Below are positions 41,087 to 52,026 of a DNA stretch of 64,000 bases, one piece after another. The translations under genes were made by a program, and so were the position numbers. How positions within the stretch are numbered: position 1 is the first letter of the stretch; every line of letters begins with the position of its first letter. The DNA lies in NCBI GenBank assembly GCA_041739415.1, contig JBGSNU010000031.1:42949-106948 (forward strand), in the 5' to 3' direction. Source of the DNA: Bdellovibrionales bacterium (GTDB taxonomy: Bacteria; Bdellovibrionota; Bdellovibrionia; Bdellovibrionales; UBA1609). The notes under the pieces were generated by a model, which was given only the letters and a program-made list of their open reading frames with translations, did not search any database and was not told where the DNA came from.

Positions 41087-42238
41087 ATGGAAAAAGGATC
41101 TTTCCACCCCTCTACCGGGGCGCCCCCTACGCAGTCGACGCACACCACATCAATTGTGCAAAAAAGAGACGAGATGGTCAGGCACATTCCCCTGCCAAAT
41201 CAGCTGCCAAAAGGTATCGACTTTCTGAGCGGAGCCACCGGTAATTTTAGCTCTGCTGCCCTCGAGAGTTTAATTAGTCAAAACGAAGACCTTATGGCCC
41301 GACTCAGTGTAAGCCTCAGACGCACCACTATTCTTGAGGAGCGAGGCGCGACCCTCGAGACCGAGAACTCGAGCTTAAAATCTCGAGTTCAGGCCAACGA
41401 TGAAAAAATGCTGATCTTGCGTGAAAAGGATCGGATGAACTCAAGCCGATCTGCCGCTTTACATGCAGAGGCTGTCTCCGCAAAAGCCTCTAGCGCCAAA
41501 CTTGAAAAATTGTACGCAGACCTCTATGTCCAAACCCAGAAAATGCGGCACAGACTTCAAACTTTGGAGCGCTACAGAGTTCGAGTCCGTCGTGCCTCCG
41601 CAGAAATTAAAGCCAGGGCCAAACAAGTGGACTCGCTGAAGGAGCGCCTTCAGACCTTCGACGCCAATCTCTCGCAAGTCATCAACAGCTACGAGGCCCG
41701 CCTCAGCACTGCCAAAGCGCAAATTGATGAAGTTAGAGGCCGAGCCATGGAGCGAGATCAGATTCTCGCAGAAAAAATTCGCCTAGAAAATCAAATGCTC
41801 TTTGAACAGCGACAGTTCCAGCAAAGTCGCGAAGCCACTCAAGCTGAACTCGAGCGCCTAGAGACGGACTCCAGCGATCTAAGAACCCAGCTCAAAGAAG
41901 CCCTGGTGCGAAGTGAAGGTCAACGGCTTGAGCTCGAACGGGTGCAAATGGAACTTCCCAACCTTCGCGAAGAAACTCGGGCTCTCCGAGACCAAGTGGA
42001 GTCTCTCCAGGCCCTGTGGGGACACCGCGAGCGAGAATTCCAACAGCTTGAAGAGAAAAACCGCAATCTGCAGCAGCTCAACCAAGCGCTCAGTGCCAAT
42101 CTCAACCAGCAGCGGCGCGAGGTCCAGGACATGAAACTCGGAGTTGAACGAGATCTCTACAGTAAACAAGAAAAGATAAAGAACCTGCAGACAGAAATTC
42201 AAATCCTACGACAAGAGTTGAAGTCACCAAAAACCTAA
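41087..42238 (+). CDS. Coiled-coil hypothetical protein
   Basis: CAGGAG SD; heptad-rich helical sequence. Confidence 0.7.
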   Translation: MEKGSFHPSTGAPPTQSTHTTSIVQKRDEMVRHIPLPNQLPKGIDFLSGATGNFSSAALESLISQNEDLMARLSVSLRRTTILEERGATLETENSSLKSRVQANDEKMLILREKDRMNSSRSAALHAEAVSAKASSAKLEKLYADLYVQTQKMRHRLQTLERYRVRVRRASAEIKARAKQVDSLKERLQTFDANLSQVINSYEARLSTAKAQIDEVRGRAMERDQILAEKIRLENQMLFEQRQFQQSREATQAELERLETDSSDLRTQLKEALVRSEGQRLELERVQMELPNLREETRALRDQVESLQALWGHREREFQQLEEKNRNLQQLNQALSANLNQQRREVQDMKLGVERDLYSKQEKIKNLQTEIQILRQELKSPKT

Positions 42239-42288
42239 GTTTTCCCCAGAGTTGATCCTAGACAATTCCTCACATACGATATTGTGAG

Positions 42289-45042
42289 ATGACTAAGAGC
42301 AACAGGTCACGGCTCAACTCTGGAGTGCAGATCTTGAAAAAAATCAGCTGGAAGAAATATGTCACCTGGCTCGTCCACCCCATGGCGATCGGCTTCTACA
42401 TCACGATCATCACCGTTCGCCTAACATTTAGTTACTATGCAATCGCCGGACGTGAGCATGATGGCTCAAATGAGCAAGGCATTACCAGCATGCTTTATAT
42501 CGCTCACCAAAAATCAATCGACTTTCGATTGCGCGCACGAGGTCCAAGGCGCGTATCGCCAGATCTTGTGCTGTTGGCTGCAGACGAACGCTCTGTAAGC
42601 ACCGTTGGCAGATGGCCCTGGCCCCGAGATGTCATGGCAAAGGCCATCGACAACGCCATTTTGCTTGGTGCGCGTCAGGTGGCATTCGATATCGCGTTTT
42701 CTGAGTCCCAACCCAACCCCGCTGAACAAGTGACAGATAGATTGAAGACCGCGGGTGCCCTCAGCCCTGAGGTTGATTCGGCATTGGCTTCGGTGACAGA
42801 ACAACTCGATTACGACAAAGTGCTAGGCGAGGCTTTCACCAAGCACACCGATAAGATCGTCGCGGGCAGCTTTTTCAATCACGTTCTCAGCCCCATTTGG
42901 CCACCGGAGACCGATTTTTGTCGGGACATGATTTTTAAACTCTCCCCTACGGCAAAACAATGGGACCAAGAGGAAGTGTTGATCTCCGTCACGGATCCCT
43001 ATCAACCCTACATTCCAAAAGTGCTGTTTGATACCTTTCAAACCGTGCTGCAAGAGAAAGAAAAAGCCCTCCGAGAAACACTCGGAGTTCCACAAAGTCG
43101 AAGTGACGAGGTCAAACTAGATGAGCGTGTGCAGCAGGAGCTACACTCCACGTGCGACACAATCCTAGAAGACTTTCGCGAAGGTCTAAATGACCAGTGG
43201 AAGCCCGCGATCTTAGCCAGTGAGAATTCTGAGGAATTCAAGTTTCAGTCTTACGACGAGTGGCTCACCGATTTTCGCCGGAGAAATCATATCAACAGCA
43301 CCATATTTGCCGACGGCTGGGTGCTGAATACGGCCAAAATATCCGCAGGCACTAAACACACCGCCTATTTCAATACCGAGCAGGACTCAGACGGGACCAT
43401 TCGCAGCAAAGCACTGCTTGTGCGTACTGGTAACTCCTACTTCCCGAGCTTAGCGCTAAAGTCCTATTTGGTTGCCAATGGCTACAATGCGAGTCCCAAG
43501 CTTGAAGTCAATCCCGCGACTGGGTTTAAAGAATTCATTGAAATGGAAGTCCGAGACAACGAAACCGGCGACATGGTGTTTAAAATTCCAACTGATCATC
43601 AAGGCAAGCTGATGATCAATTACGCTGGACCCGATCGGATGTTTCCGTACCTCAGCTTCGCCGATCTGCTCAGTGACTCTCCCGAGGCTGAGATCGAGCA
43701 GCGTGTTTGGTCAGCAGAAAAAGGCCGCTGGGATGTGCAGGTGCGAAAAGTCAAAAAAGCCGAATTTCTAAAAAACAAAATACTGATTGCAGGCGCAACA
43801 GCCACCGGCATCTACGATTTAAGAGTCACACCGTTTCAAGAAAACTTTCCGGGGACTGAGACTCACTTAAATGCGCTGGATAATATTCTGCAACGCTCAT
43901 TTTTCCGAACGATGCCCGATGAAAAAGTATACATGCCAATCATTCTAGCTGTGCTTGGATTACTGATGAGTGTCGCGCTTAGTTACCTTGGAGCCTTGGT
44001 CAGTATTGCCCTCACTGCACTGTCTGTCGGCATAGTGATCTTTTACGACAAGAGCTTCCTGTTCAATAAGGGCATCGTCGTCTCGATCATTTGGCCACTC
44101 TTCTTGATCGGTGTTCTCTACGTGGTCTTGACCTTTTACCGCTACCTCACCGAAGAACGCGGAAAAAAGGAACTTAGACAAACCTTTCAAAAATACGTGT
44201 CTCCAGCAATTGTCGAAGAGATCTTGGCGCATCCAGCAAATATTGAACTCGGAGGACGTAAAACCAACCTCACCGTGTCGTTCTCCGACGTCCGCGGGTT
44301 CACCACCATTTCTGAGAAGCTCGATCCGAAGGCTCTGTCTGATTTGCTCAATAGCTATCTCACTCCCATGACTGACATTGTTTTTAAAAATCAGGGAACA
44401 CTAGACAAATACATGGGCGATGCCATCATGGCCTTCTTTGGTGCACCTATTGGCTACTCGGATCATGCAAAATGGGCTTGCCGCTGCGCGCTTCAGAGTC
44501 TCAATAAATTGACTGAATTGCAGGCCGAATATGCTAAAAAGGGATTGCCCAGTATTGATATTGGAATTGGCTTGAACACAGGCGAAGTCAATGTGGGGAA
44601 TATGGGATCGGAGACCGTGCGAAGTTACACGGTCATGGGCGATGCCGTTAACCTCGCATCTCGACTTGAAGGCATCAACAAGACGTACGGGACACGTGTG
44701 ATTTTGAGTGAATTCACCTACAAAGAAGTCAAAGACAGCTTCATCTGTCGAGAGGTGGATTGGGTACGGGTAAAGGGCAAAGCCCAGCCGGTCAAAATCT
44801 TTGAGCTGATTGCCGAAACCTCCGCTCCTCCGCAAACGCAAGAGATGCTTAAGTGGTTTCAAGAGGGCTACGAGCTTTATCACAAACAGCAGTGGCAAGC
44901 TGGAATCACGGCTTTTGAAAAAGCACTAAAAGTCCAGGCCAACGATCCAGTCTCTACACTCTACATTCAACGATGCCAAGATTACTCAATCACTCCGCCA
45001 CCTGAAGGTTGGGATGGCGTCTTTGATATGAAAACTAAGTGA
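42289..45042 (+). CDS. CHASE2-domain class III adenylate/guanylate cyclase with C-terminal TPR
   Basis: GRWPWPR CHASE2 motif, 3 TMs, FSDVRGFT, DKYMGDAIMA, GDAVNLASRLE. Confidence 0.93.
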   Translation: MTKSNRSRLNSGVQILKKISWKKYVTWLVHPMAIGFYITIITVRLTFSYYAIAGREHDGSNEQGITSMLYIAHQKSIDFRLRARGPRRVSPDLVLLAADERSVSTVGRWPWPRDVMAKAIDNAILLGARQVAFDIAFSESQPNPAEQVTDRLKTAGALSPEVDSALASVTEQLDYDKVLGEAFTKHTDKIVAGSFFNHVLSPIWPPETDFCRDMIFKLSPTAKQWDQEEVLISVTDPYQPYIPKVLFDTFQTVLQEKEKALRETLGVPQSRSDEVKLDERVQQELHSTCDTILEDFREGLNDQWKPAILASENSEEFKFQSYDEWLTDFRRRNHINSTIFADGWVLNTAKISAGTKHTAYFNTEQDSDGTIRSKALLVRTGNSYFPSLALKSYLVANGYNASPKLEVNPATGFKEFIEMEVRDNETGDMVFKIPTDHQGKLMINYAGPDRMFPYLSFADLLSDSPEAEIEQRVWSAEKGRWDVQVRKVKKAEFLKNKILIAGATATGIYDLRVTPFQENFPGTETHLNALDNILQRSFFRTMPDEKVYMPIILAVLGLLMSVALSYLGALVSIALTALSVGIVIFYDKSFLFNKGIVVSIIWPLFLIGVLYVVLTFYRYLTEERGKKELRQTFQKYVSPAIVEEILAHPANIELGGRKTNLTVSFSDVRGFTTISEKLDPKALSDLLNSYLTPMTDIVFKNQGTLDKYMGDAIMAFFGAPIGYSDHAKWACRCALQSLNKLTELQAEYAKKGLPSIDIGIGLNTGEVNVGNMGSETVRSYTVMGDAVNLASRLEGINKTYGTRVILSEFTYKEVKDSFICREVDWVRVKGKAQPVKIFELIAETSAPPQTQEMLKWFQEGYELYHKQQWQAGITAFEKALKVQANDPVSTLYIQRCQDYSITPPPEGWDGVFDMKTK

Positions 45043-47435
45043 GCATGTTGAAGTCGAGCGCTCTTATTCAGGTGTCGTTTGGTCTAATTCTCCTGCTCAG
45101 CCTTGTATGTTGGGCTCCGCTGGCCTTCGGTCAGAGCACCTTGACCGAAGGCGTTCTCCGCAATGCTGACCGTATGGTTTATGATATGGAAAAGAAAACC
45201 GTGCGACTTGAAGGCAATGTACAGGTCGTCTTTCAAGGTCAGCATGTGAGCTGCGATAGAGCCGAAATCAATCAAGCCACTGAAACTCTTATCGCCGAAG
45301 GAAATGTGATTCTCACCAGCGATCGCATTCACGTCGAAAGTCAGCGCATTGAATTCAATTACAAAAAGAATACAGGATTTATTTACAATGGCTTTGTTCA
45401 ATCTGGTCAAGTGATTTTTGAAGGCGAAGTGATCGAGAAAGTCAGCGAGAATCGCTTTCTCGCCACCAACGCTGCCTATACTGCATGCGAAACCTGTCCA
45501 CCCGGCTGGAGCTTTTCTGGTTCAAAAATCGATGCCGAACTCGGCGGTTACGCCAGAATCCGTCGGCCATTGTTTCGAATTGGCGGGGTGCCTGTTTTGT
45601 TTTTGCCAGGAATCATTGTGCCTTTAAAGTCGTCTCGTCAATCTGGCTTTCTGGTTCCCTCAATGGCATTTTCTCAAAAAGGTGGGGTTGCACTTTCCGG
45701 CATTTATTTTTGGGCCATCGACCGCAGCCAAGATTTGACCCTGACAGCCAAGTGGTACAGCTTACGTGGTTATAAGCTACTGCAAGACTACCGCTACGTT
45801 TTGTCAGAAGAAAGTCAGGGCCGACTCAGTAGCGCCTGGATGGAAGATAAGGCTCTGCAAGAGGAATACCGCTTGCAGAGTAACGTCGATCGGTGGTTCG
45901 TCTCCTATGATCACATTTACGAACTGCCGCACGATTATGTTCACCGTGCCAACTTCAACCTAGTTAGTGACCTCCGTTACACAAGGGATTTTCCGGAGGA
46001 GATTTTAGGTCACGGTGATCCAGCTTTAGAAAATAAGACTTCAATTTCAAAATCAGTCGACAATCAGTACATGAGCTTAGAAGCCGACATGTACACCAAC
46101 CTCCTGCACTATGATCCTTTAGCCCGCAATGAAGACGCGGTTCACCGAGCCCCGACCATTCGCTACTCTATAAAAGAGCAAGAGATCGCCAATACGGGTT
46201 TCTTTGGCTCAATGAATTTCAATTACATGAATTTTGCCCGAAACACCTTTCGGCATGACGACTTTGAACCTTGTGTAGACTCCGCCGGCGAAGTCTGTAC
46301 ATCCCGACTCTCGCCGCTCGGTGCACCGGTGGTAGGATCACCCTTGGACGGCGGCTCGCCGCAACACGATGGCTCATTTGATCGACGCTATGATTTAAAC
46401 CGAACGGGTCAGCGCACCGACATTCAACCTAGGATCAGTTACCCCTTTCATATCGGCGATCAAATTGACCTCTTACCTTCTGTCTTGTTTCGCGAAACCC
46501 AATATCGCTTCGACCCACCCTGCGCCTCGGATGGTGTAGGCTGCGAACCCGCGTTCAGTGAAACCGCAGCCCGCCGATACGTGCAAACCGAAGTGTGGGC
46601 TAAGACCGAGTTCTCTAGAGTGTTCGAGGCCAACCCAGGTGACGTCAAAGCCAATCGGTGGAAGCATGTTGTGGAGCCCGCCATTGGCTACTCTCAGATT
46701 CCCTGGATGCGACGACCCAACCATGAGTTCTTTGGCGACAACATCGGCCTTCAAAGCAATCGACAGTTTGAGCCGATTAGTGACACTGACTTGGGCAATC
46801 CTACAACCGGAGTGCAGTTTGACTACGAAGATCGCACCTATGAAAAACGTGTTTTAAACTACTCACTCCACAATCGCCTCACTCGCAAATCTTGGGCAAA
46901 CGGGAGCGCCGATTACAAAACTCTCGCCCTCTTTGAACTGAATCAGTCCTATGACTTCAATGAAGCCACGCGGCCGCGCAATGCTCACCCTTGGTCTGCC
47001 ATTGATGCCAAGGCCAATATTCGCCTTGAAAATTTTGAGACCTACACCACGGCTTCGTTTAACCCCTACGCTCGTCGAACCAACACTGCCTCCCGAGTGA
47101 AGCTGATGTACACACGTCAGGATTACGTGCAGGCTTTTTACACACAAAACTTCCAGCTGAATGAAGACGATTTTACACCTATCCCCAATCGCGAGGTTCG
47201 TAACATTGGATTAGGTGCTGGTTTCATCACAAAATATTTAGAGTTTGATGGTAGAGTCAACTTTTCTGATATCACCAAACAGGTCCACTCGTGGCAATAC
47301 GGTGTGCGCATTCGACCACCGGGTAACTGTTGGCTCATTCAAATTCAGCAAACGCAAGTGCTTGGAGGAGACCCGACCATTCGCGGCTCTTTAAATTTCA
47401 ATTTTGGCGGCGAAACCAGTCCCATGCGCATTTGA
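45039..47435 (+). CDS. lptD: LPS-assembly protein LptD
   Basis: OstA-like N-terminal jellyroll, YTAC..CPP.W, RQSGFLVP, beta-barrel C-terminus. Confidence 0.88.
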   Translation: MSMLKSSALIQVSFGLILLLSLVCWAPLAFGQSTLTEGVLRNADRMVYDMEKKTVRLEGNVQVVFQGQHVSCDRAEINQATETLIAEGNVILTSDRIHVESQRIEFNYKKNTGFIYNGFVQSGQVIFEGEVIEKVSENRFLATNAAYTACETCPPGWSFSGSKIDAELGGYARIRRPLFRIGGVPVLFLPGIIVPLKSSRQSGFLVPSMAFSQKGGVALSGIYFWAIDRSQDLTLTAKWYSLRGYKLLQDYRYVLSEESQGRLSSAWMEDKALQEEYRLQSNVDRWFVSYDHIYELPHDYVHRANFNLVSDLRYTRDFPEEILGHGDPALENKTSISKSVDNQYMSLEADMYTNLLHYDPLARNEDAVHRAPTIRYSIKEQEIANTGFFGSMNFNYMNFARNTFRHDDFEPCVDSAGEVCTSRLSPLGAPVVGSPLDGGSPQHDGSFDRRYDLNRTGQRTDIQPRISYPFHIGDQIDLLPSVLFRETQYRFDPPCASDGVGCEPAFSETAARRYVQTEVWAKTEFSRVFEANPGDVKANRWKHVVEPAIGYSQIPWMRRPNHEFFGDNIGLQSNRQFEPISDTDLGNPTTGVQFDYEDRTYEKRVLNYSLHNRLTRKSWANGSADYKTLALFELNQSYDFNEATRPRNAHPWSAIDAKANIRLENFETYTTASFNPYARRTNTASRVKLMYTRQDYVQAFYTQNFQLNEDDFTPIPNREVRNIGLGAGFITKYLEFDGRVNFSDITKQVHSWQYGVRIRPPGNCWLIQIQQTQVLGGDPTIRGSLNFNFGGETSPMRI

Positions 47436-47439
47436 TGGG

Positions 47440-47829
47440 CTAAAACTTCCAGACAGTCCAATCAACCTGCACTCCGTCTAGGTCGTTGGAGTCCAAAAAC
47501 AACGGTGAGACAGTTACTGGTGAAGCATTCAGCCAGGCTACGGTGGCATCATCACCTTCTTCACCACTCGGCACTAAATAAACCACATAGAGACCAAGCA
47601 ATATACCTGTATAAAGACCAAGGGATGCCCCTCGCGCCACGCGGTGCATATTTTTACTGGGCTGACTTGTGAAAGCGAGACTGGCTGCGCCCACCAAAGT
47701 TCCAGCCAATACGCCGTACGTGCAACTCATCACAAATTCGCGCGTTGGATTTTCCGCACGTGCCAACGGCGATCCGGTGATCGAACCAAGAACTAAGATC
47801 AAAAGGCCAAACTTAAAAACATAACGCAT
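47440..47829 (-). CDS. Hypothetical membrane/exported protein
   Basis: Signal peptide, Gly-rich hydrophobic helices, C-terminal Phe. Confidence 0.65.
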   Translation of the reverse strand: MRYVFKFGLLILVLGSITGSPLARAENPTREFVMSCTYGVLAGTLVGAASLAFTSQPSKNMHRVARGASLGLYTGILLGLYVVYLVPSGEEGDDATVAWLNASPVTVSPLFLDSNDLDGVQVDWTVWKF

Positions 47830-47849
47830 GTGTCATGGTGTCGCACATT

Positions 47850-48167
47850 TCACTTCCCTGTCAATCCATCGACCGGCAACAATTGGAGCTTTTGCCGCTC
47901 GAGCAAAGCCAAGTGGAGCTCCACCGGCTCCCACTGCGCCAAGAGCTGTGTGACCCGCATGAGTCGATGCTGCTGCCGAGCAGTTAAGCGTGCCTGTTGA
48001 CTTGGCGTTTGCATTTTGACTTCAAGGACGGCGAGAACACCTGCGGGTGAGCGCATCACGAGATCCACCTGCACGCCTAGGATTTGAACATTATGAAAAA
48101 CGAAAGACCAACCCCGGTGGCTCAACAGAGTCTGAACCCGCCGCTCCGCTGCCTTGGAGCGACTCAC
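47850..48167 (-). CDS. YraN-family (UPF0102) nuclease-like protein
   Basis: AERRV...VDLV...LEVK PD-(D/E)xK pattern; canonical position after rnhB; GTG start uncertain. Confidence 0.7.
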   Translation of the reverse strand: MSRSKAAERRVQTLLSHRGWSFVFHNVQILGVQVDLVMRSPAGVLAVLEVKMQTPSQQARLTARQQHRLMRVTQLLAQWEPVELHLALLERQKLQLLPVDGLTGK

Positions 48168-48783
48168 CGATGCCGGCGAAACTCCGGCGATGCAGTTCAC
48201 ACGGACCAAGCTCATCCAGCCTCTGCCGATGGAGCTTAGTTCCATAGCCTTTGTGCACTTCGAAGCCATACCCTGGGTATCCCGCCGCCAATTGTTGCAT
48301 CCACCGGTCACGAATCACCTTTGCCAGAATCGATGCGGCAGAGATCTCCTCTGCCCGTGAATCCCCCTGCACCAAAGGGGTTTGTTGCCAGGTCTCCATA
48401 AGCCCGGGCACCTTAAACTTTCCGTCAACCAGGACATGTCCCGCCGTTAACCCCGCCTTTAAAAACAGACCTTCAAGGGCTCGCTGCATAGAAAGCAGCG
48501 AAGCATGATGAATGTTGAGGCGGTCCACCTCTGCGACTGAAGCAATCCCAATAGCCCAGATATGATCAGTATAAATTTGTTTGGCGAAAGCTTCGCGGCG
48601 CGCTTCGGACAAAACCTTGGAGTCACAGAAGCGTTTTGCAAACAGGCGATTGTGTGATTTGAGATAAACGGCGGCTGAAACTACGGGACCGGCGAGACAT
48701 CCCCGGCCCACCTCATCAACCCCGACAACGGGGCCAGGCGCAAAGTCCCCTGGGGAAATGCGCCTATACCTTCTGGTGGTCAA
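48091..48783 (-). CDS. rnhB: Ribonuclease HII
   Basis: GVDEVGRGCLAGPV, DSK, DG, SAASILAKV.RD, HKGYGT; TTG start after the rplS stop. Confidence 0.95.
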   Translation of the reverse strand: MTTRRYRRISPGDFAPGPVVGVDEVGRGCLAGPVVSAAVYLKSHNRLFAKRFCDSKVLSEARREAFAKQIYTDHIWAIGIASVAEVDRLNIHHASLLSMQRALEGLFLKAGLTAGHVLVDGKFKVPGLMETWQQTPLVQGDSRAEEISAASILAKVIRDRWMQQLAAGYPGYGFEVHKGYGTKLHRQRLDELGPCELHRRSFAGIGESLQGSGAAGSDSVEPPGLVFRFS

Positions 48784-48784
48784 A

Positions 48785-49354
48785 TTAGGCCTTAGTGGGA
48801 GCCTTTGCTGGCTTGTCAGACGATGCTTCTTTAGCTGGAGTCGCCGACTCAACTTCATCAGCGGCTCCTGGCTCTTCAGCTTCGGGAGAGTAAGCTTCTG
48901 AATCCAATCTTGCGGATCGACCTTTCAATCCACGCAAGAAGAACAAACGACCACGACGAACTTTACCGCGTGAAATCACTTCGACTCGGTCAATTGAAGG
49001 TGAAACCATCGGGAAGATTCGCTCTACACCCACTCCGCTTGCAATCTTTCGCACGGTGAAACTGCGCGCGATTCCACTACCCTGAACCTTGATGACAACG
49101 CCTGAGAACAGCTGCACGCGCTCTTTTTCGCCCTCTTTGACCTTCACATACACACCGACGGAGTCACCCGTTCGGATATCGGGCAAGTTCTTCTTCTTGG
49201 CCATGCGGTCCCAAGTCACCCGACGAACCAAATCTGTTCCAGTCGTCGCAGGAATCGCCTTAGGTTTCGCCATTTTCTTAACGGCTTTAGTGGGTTTAGC
49301 GCCGGATTTAGCACTAGTTTTTGAGCCTGTAGATTTTCCAGTTTTAGCAGCCAT
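48785..49354 (-). CDS. rplS: 50S ribosomal protein L19 with N- and C-terminal extensions
   Basis: GDSVGVYVKVKEGEKERVQLF.G, FTVRKIASGVGVER, GKVRR. Confidence 0.95.
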   Translation of the reverse strand: MAAKTGKSTGSKTSAKSGAKPTKAVKKMAKPKAIPATTGTDLVRRVTWDRMAKKKNLPDIRTGDSVGVYVKVKEGEKERVQLFSGVVIKVQGSGIARSFTVRKIASGVGVERIFPMVSPSIDRVEVISRGKVRRGRLFFLRGLKGRSARLDSEAYSPEAEEPGAADEVESATPAKEASSDKPAKAPTKA

Positions 49355-49412
49355 AACGCGCTCCAAGGGTGATATTTGCACCGGGCAAAGTTTTACGAAA
49401 CGTGAAGAGTTA

Positions 49413-49997
49413 TCATGTACCTAAGAGTCGGTCAAGGATGATACTTACCGCGGACCGCACCGACAAATGCCGGTAGTCATCATGCGAGTCCCCTTTGAGC
49501 GGCTCCAAAATCAGATCTGCCTGTTGCAACACGGATTCATCTAAGCCAAAGCCAGTCCCAAAAACCAATAAAATGGGCGGGCTTGCCGAATCCCAAACTC
49601 GCTCTCGCAGCTCCCGAAAGGACACCCTAGGGATCCCGAGATCGCGAGCGGAAGTGCAAACAATCAAAGGCCGCACCGGAAACATTTGAATAGCATCCTC
49701 AAGGGTCTCCGCCAACTCCACCATGCCCAGAGCTGTTTTGCGCTTGGGATTGTACTCAGACCCCACCCCCACGCGCCAATGATCCAGCAGCCTCGAGACA
49801 AAACTCAACTGCTCCTTGAGGCGATTGACAATAAAGTAGCGATCCACTCCGTAGGTTCGAGCGGCGCGGGCGATATCATGCACGTCAAAATTTGTGACGT
49901 TGGTAACCACAATGCTTTTGGCCCGATCCAACACCGGCCAATGCAAAAGGGCTACATTGAGCGAAGCACGGTTGCGTGGTGGTATCGGATCGGTCAT
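49413..49997 (-). CDS. SPOUT-type RNA methyltransferase (TrmD-associated, DUF2168-like)
   Basis: ALLHWPV...TNFDVHDIARAARTYG, FGTGFGL, HLSVRSA. Confidence 0.85.
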   Translation of the reverse strand: MTDPIPPRNRASLNVALLHWPVLDRAKSIVVTNVTNFDVHDIARAARTYGVDRYFIVNRLKEQLSFVSRLLDHWRVGVGSEYNPKRKTALGMVELAETLEDAIQMFPVRPLIVCTSARDLGIPRVSFRELRERVWDSASPPILLVFGTGFGLDESVLQQADLILEPLKGDSHDDYRHLSVRSAVSIILDRLLGT

Positions 49998-50770
49998 TGC
50001 CAGGGCTCCAGTTGTGAACGGCGTATACCGAGTGCTTTTAATTCAGTTTCAGTCAATTGCAACAGCAACTGTAGCTCAACCGGCGCAATGTGCTGTCGCG
50101 GCAACAGATCAGGCCGCAGCAGCGCTGTACGCACTCGAGCCACTGTGCGCTCAAACTTTTCTATATTGGCGTGGTGTCCAGTGAGGAGTGGCGCCGGCAC
50201 CCGCATCCCCAAAATCTCTTGCGGTCGTGTGAATTGCGGGGCCTCTAAAAGTGGGGTCGTAAAACTATCCCGCACATTCGATAGCTGATTGCCCAAAACT
50301 CCCGGCAGGAGCCTGGCCACGGACTCAATCATCACACAGGCGGCGAGCTCCCCACCGTTGAGCACGTAGTCACCGATGGACACCTCTTGATCCGCATAGG
50401 CCGCCGTAAATCTGTGGTCTATACCCCCATAACGGCCGCACACCAAAACCACGCGCTCTTTGCAAAGCGAATAGTCACGCGCCAGCGCTTGGTTCCAAAC
50501 CACGCCCTGCGGAGACAACACCACCACTCGGCAAGGCCCCGCCGCTCGCAGTGACTCCACTGCTGCGACTAAGGGTTCCACCTTCATCACCATCCCATCG
50601 CCCCCGCCAAAGACGCGATCGTCTACCGTTTGATGGATGTCGGTGGTGAATTGTCTTGGGTTTAAGGCCGATATCGAGAGATGCCCGCGACTGACCGCCT
50701 GACCGATCAGCCCACAGGCGGCAAAGCTTTCAATTAAGTCTTGAAACAGTGTAACTACGGTGAAATTCAT
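49994..50770 (-). CDS. trmD: tRNA (guanine-N1)-methyltransferase
   Basis: VDDRVFGGGDGMVM, CGRYGGID, SIGDYVLNGGE. Confidence 0.96.
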   Translation of the reverse strand: MNFTVVTLFQDLIESFAACGLIGQAVSRGHLSISALNPRQFTTDIHQTVDDRVFGGGDGMVMKVEPLVAAVESLRAAGPCRVVVLSPQGVVWNQALARDYSLCKERVVLVCGRYGGIDHRFTAAYADQEVSIGDYVLNGGELAACVMIESVARLLPGVLGNQLSNVRDSFTTPLLEAPQFTRPQEILGMRVPAPLLTGHHANIEKFERTVARVRTALLRPDLLPRQHIAPVELQLLLQLTETELKALGIRRSQLEPWQ

Positions 50771-51342
50771 TTGTCCTCGAGGTCAAAGAGCCCCTCGGGA
50801 AGTTCCATCGTGACCTGCCGTTTGTCAAAATCAATGTGACGGAGGAAGGCCTCTACAAACGGCACCAAGACGACCCGCTCGGAGCCAGGCCGCTTCACTT
50901 CAAGCAAATCCTGCGGTCCGTTGGTAGCAAACCCAACAATCTCGCCTAGATTGACAGCCGCAAGATCCGTAAGCTGAAAACCGAGAATTTGCTTGAGGTA
51001 AATGCCGTCTTCTTGGCTGTCGGACTCAAGCAGTGCTTCTGAGATATACACGCCCGATTTAGCTAAAGCTTCCGAGGCGTTTCGATCCAAAACTCCCTGC
51101 AAAACTACAATCAATCCATCCTTGTGGGGACGGGCTGAATCGACGATCACTTCACTCAATTGATTTTGCTTATTTTTGAGTAGGTGCAACGACTCTAGAT
51201 CCTCTAGCCAGTCGGCGCGACCAGCATAAAGGCGAACAAAAACTTCGCCTCGCAGCCCATGAGCAGAGGGGATCCATCCGACACAATGAAACCCCTTAAA
51301 CTGCGGAGGCTGAAACGATCTACTCGACGATCTCGAGGACAC
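50767..51342 (-). CDS. rimM: Ribosome maturation factor RimM
   Basis: [19 protein letters not shown] barrel LVPFV. Confidence 0.92.
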   Translation of the reverse strand: MSSRSSSRSFQPPQFKGFHCVGWIPSAHGLRGEVFVRLYAGRADWLEDLESLHLLKNKQNQLSEVIVDSARPHKDGLIVVLQGVLDRNASEALAKSGVYISEALLESDSQEDGIYLKQILGFQLTDLAAVNLGEIVGFATNGPQDLLEVKRPGSERVVLVPFVEAFLRHIDFDKRQVTMELPEGLFDLEDK

Positions 51343-51565
51343 TGCGTTTTTGCAATTTGGTGCTAGCGGCGTTGAGAATAGTGCGCATGGAGCGAGCCGT
51401 GCGCCCTTGCTTACCTATCACTTTGCCGAGGTCTTCTTTAGCGACTTTAAGTTCTACGACTGTTGTTTGCTCGCCAATGATTTCATTGACCTCAACTTCG
51501 TCGGGCTTGTCGACAAGCGACTTGGCCATAAATTCTACGAGATCTTTTAGCGACATGGAATCCAT
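51320..51565 (-). CDS. khpA: KH-domain RNA-binding protein
   Basis: LVDKPDEV...[13 protein letters not shown]. Confidence 0.93.
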   Translation of the reverse strand: MDSMSLKDLVEFMAKSLVDKPDEVEVNEIIGEQTTVVELKVAKEDLGKVIGKQGRTARSMRTILNAASTKLQKRSVLEIVE

Positions 51566-51682
51566 TCTATTATCCTCACTGGGTGACCAAATCCAATCGT
51601 ACCATCGGCTCGAGTTACCCTACCAGTAACTCAAATCTATATAGATATTATAGCCGAATCGACGTGGGCGTAAAGCGCGGAA

Positions 51683-51937
51683 CTAGGTCTTCGCTGTTCC
51701 CTGGGCTTTTCGAATAAGACTTTTAACGCGATCGGAGGGTTGAGCGCCCTTGGCGATCCAAGCCTGGACCTTTTCCATGTCGACGGTGAGTTCTTTTTCT
51801 TGACCTTGGGGAGTGGGGTTGTAATGGCCGAGAATTTCGATGAATTTGCCACCGAGCCAACGACGGGAGTCAGCCACTGTCACTCTGTACCTAGGGCTAT
51901 GCTTTTTTCCAAATCGAGCAAGTCGAATCACGACCAT
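51683..51937 (-). CDS. rpsP: 30S ribosomal protein S16
   Basis: [24 protein letters not shown]...GAQPSDRV. Confidence 0.97.
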   Translation of the reverse strand: MVVIRLARFGKKHSPRYRVTVADSRRWLGGKFIEILGHYNPTPQGQEKELTVDMEKVQAWIAKGAQPSDRVKSLIRKAQGTAKT

Positions 51938-52026
51938 ACCGCTGAGTCCTTTACTTTTAAGCGCCCCAAAATGCAGGCGAATTTTGATAAGACTATGGAG
52001 TTACATCGGTTTCACAGGGGGTGCAA

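Noticed and set aside
48091..48311. Long rnhB/yraN overlap suggesting a frameshift fusion
   Set aside because: A GTG start at 48167 reduces it to a modest overlap, which is common for this gene pair
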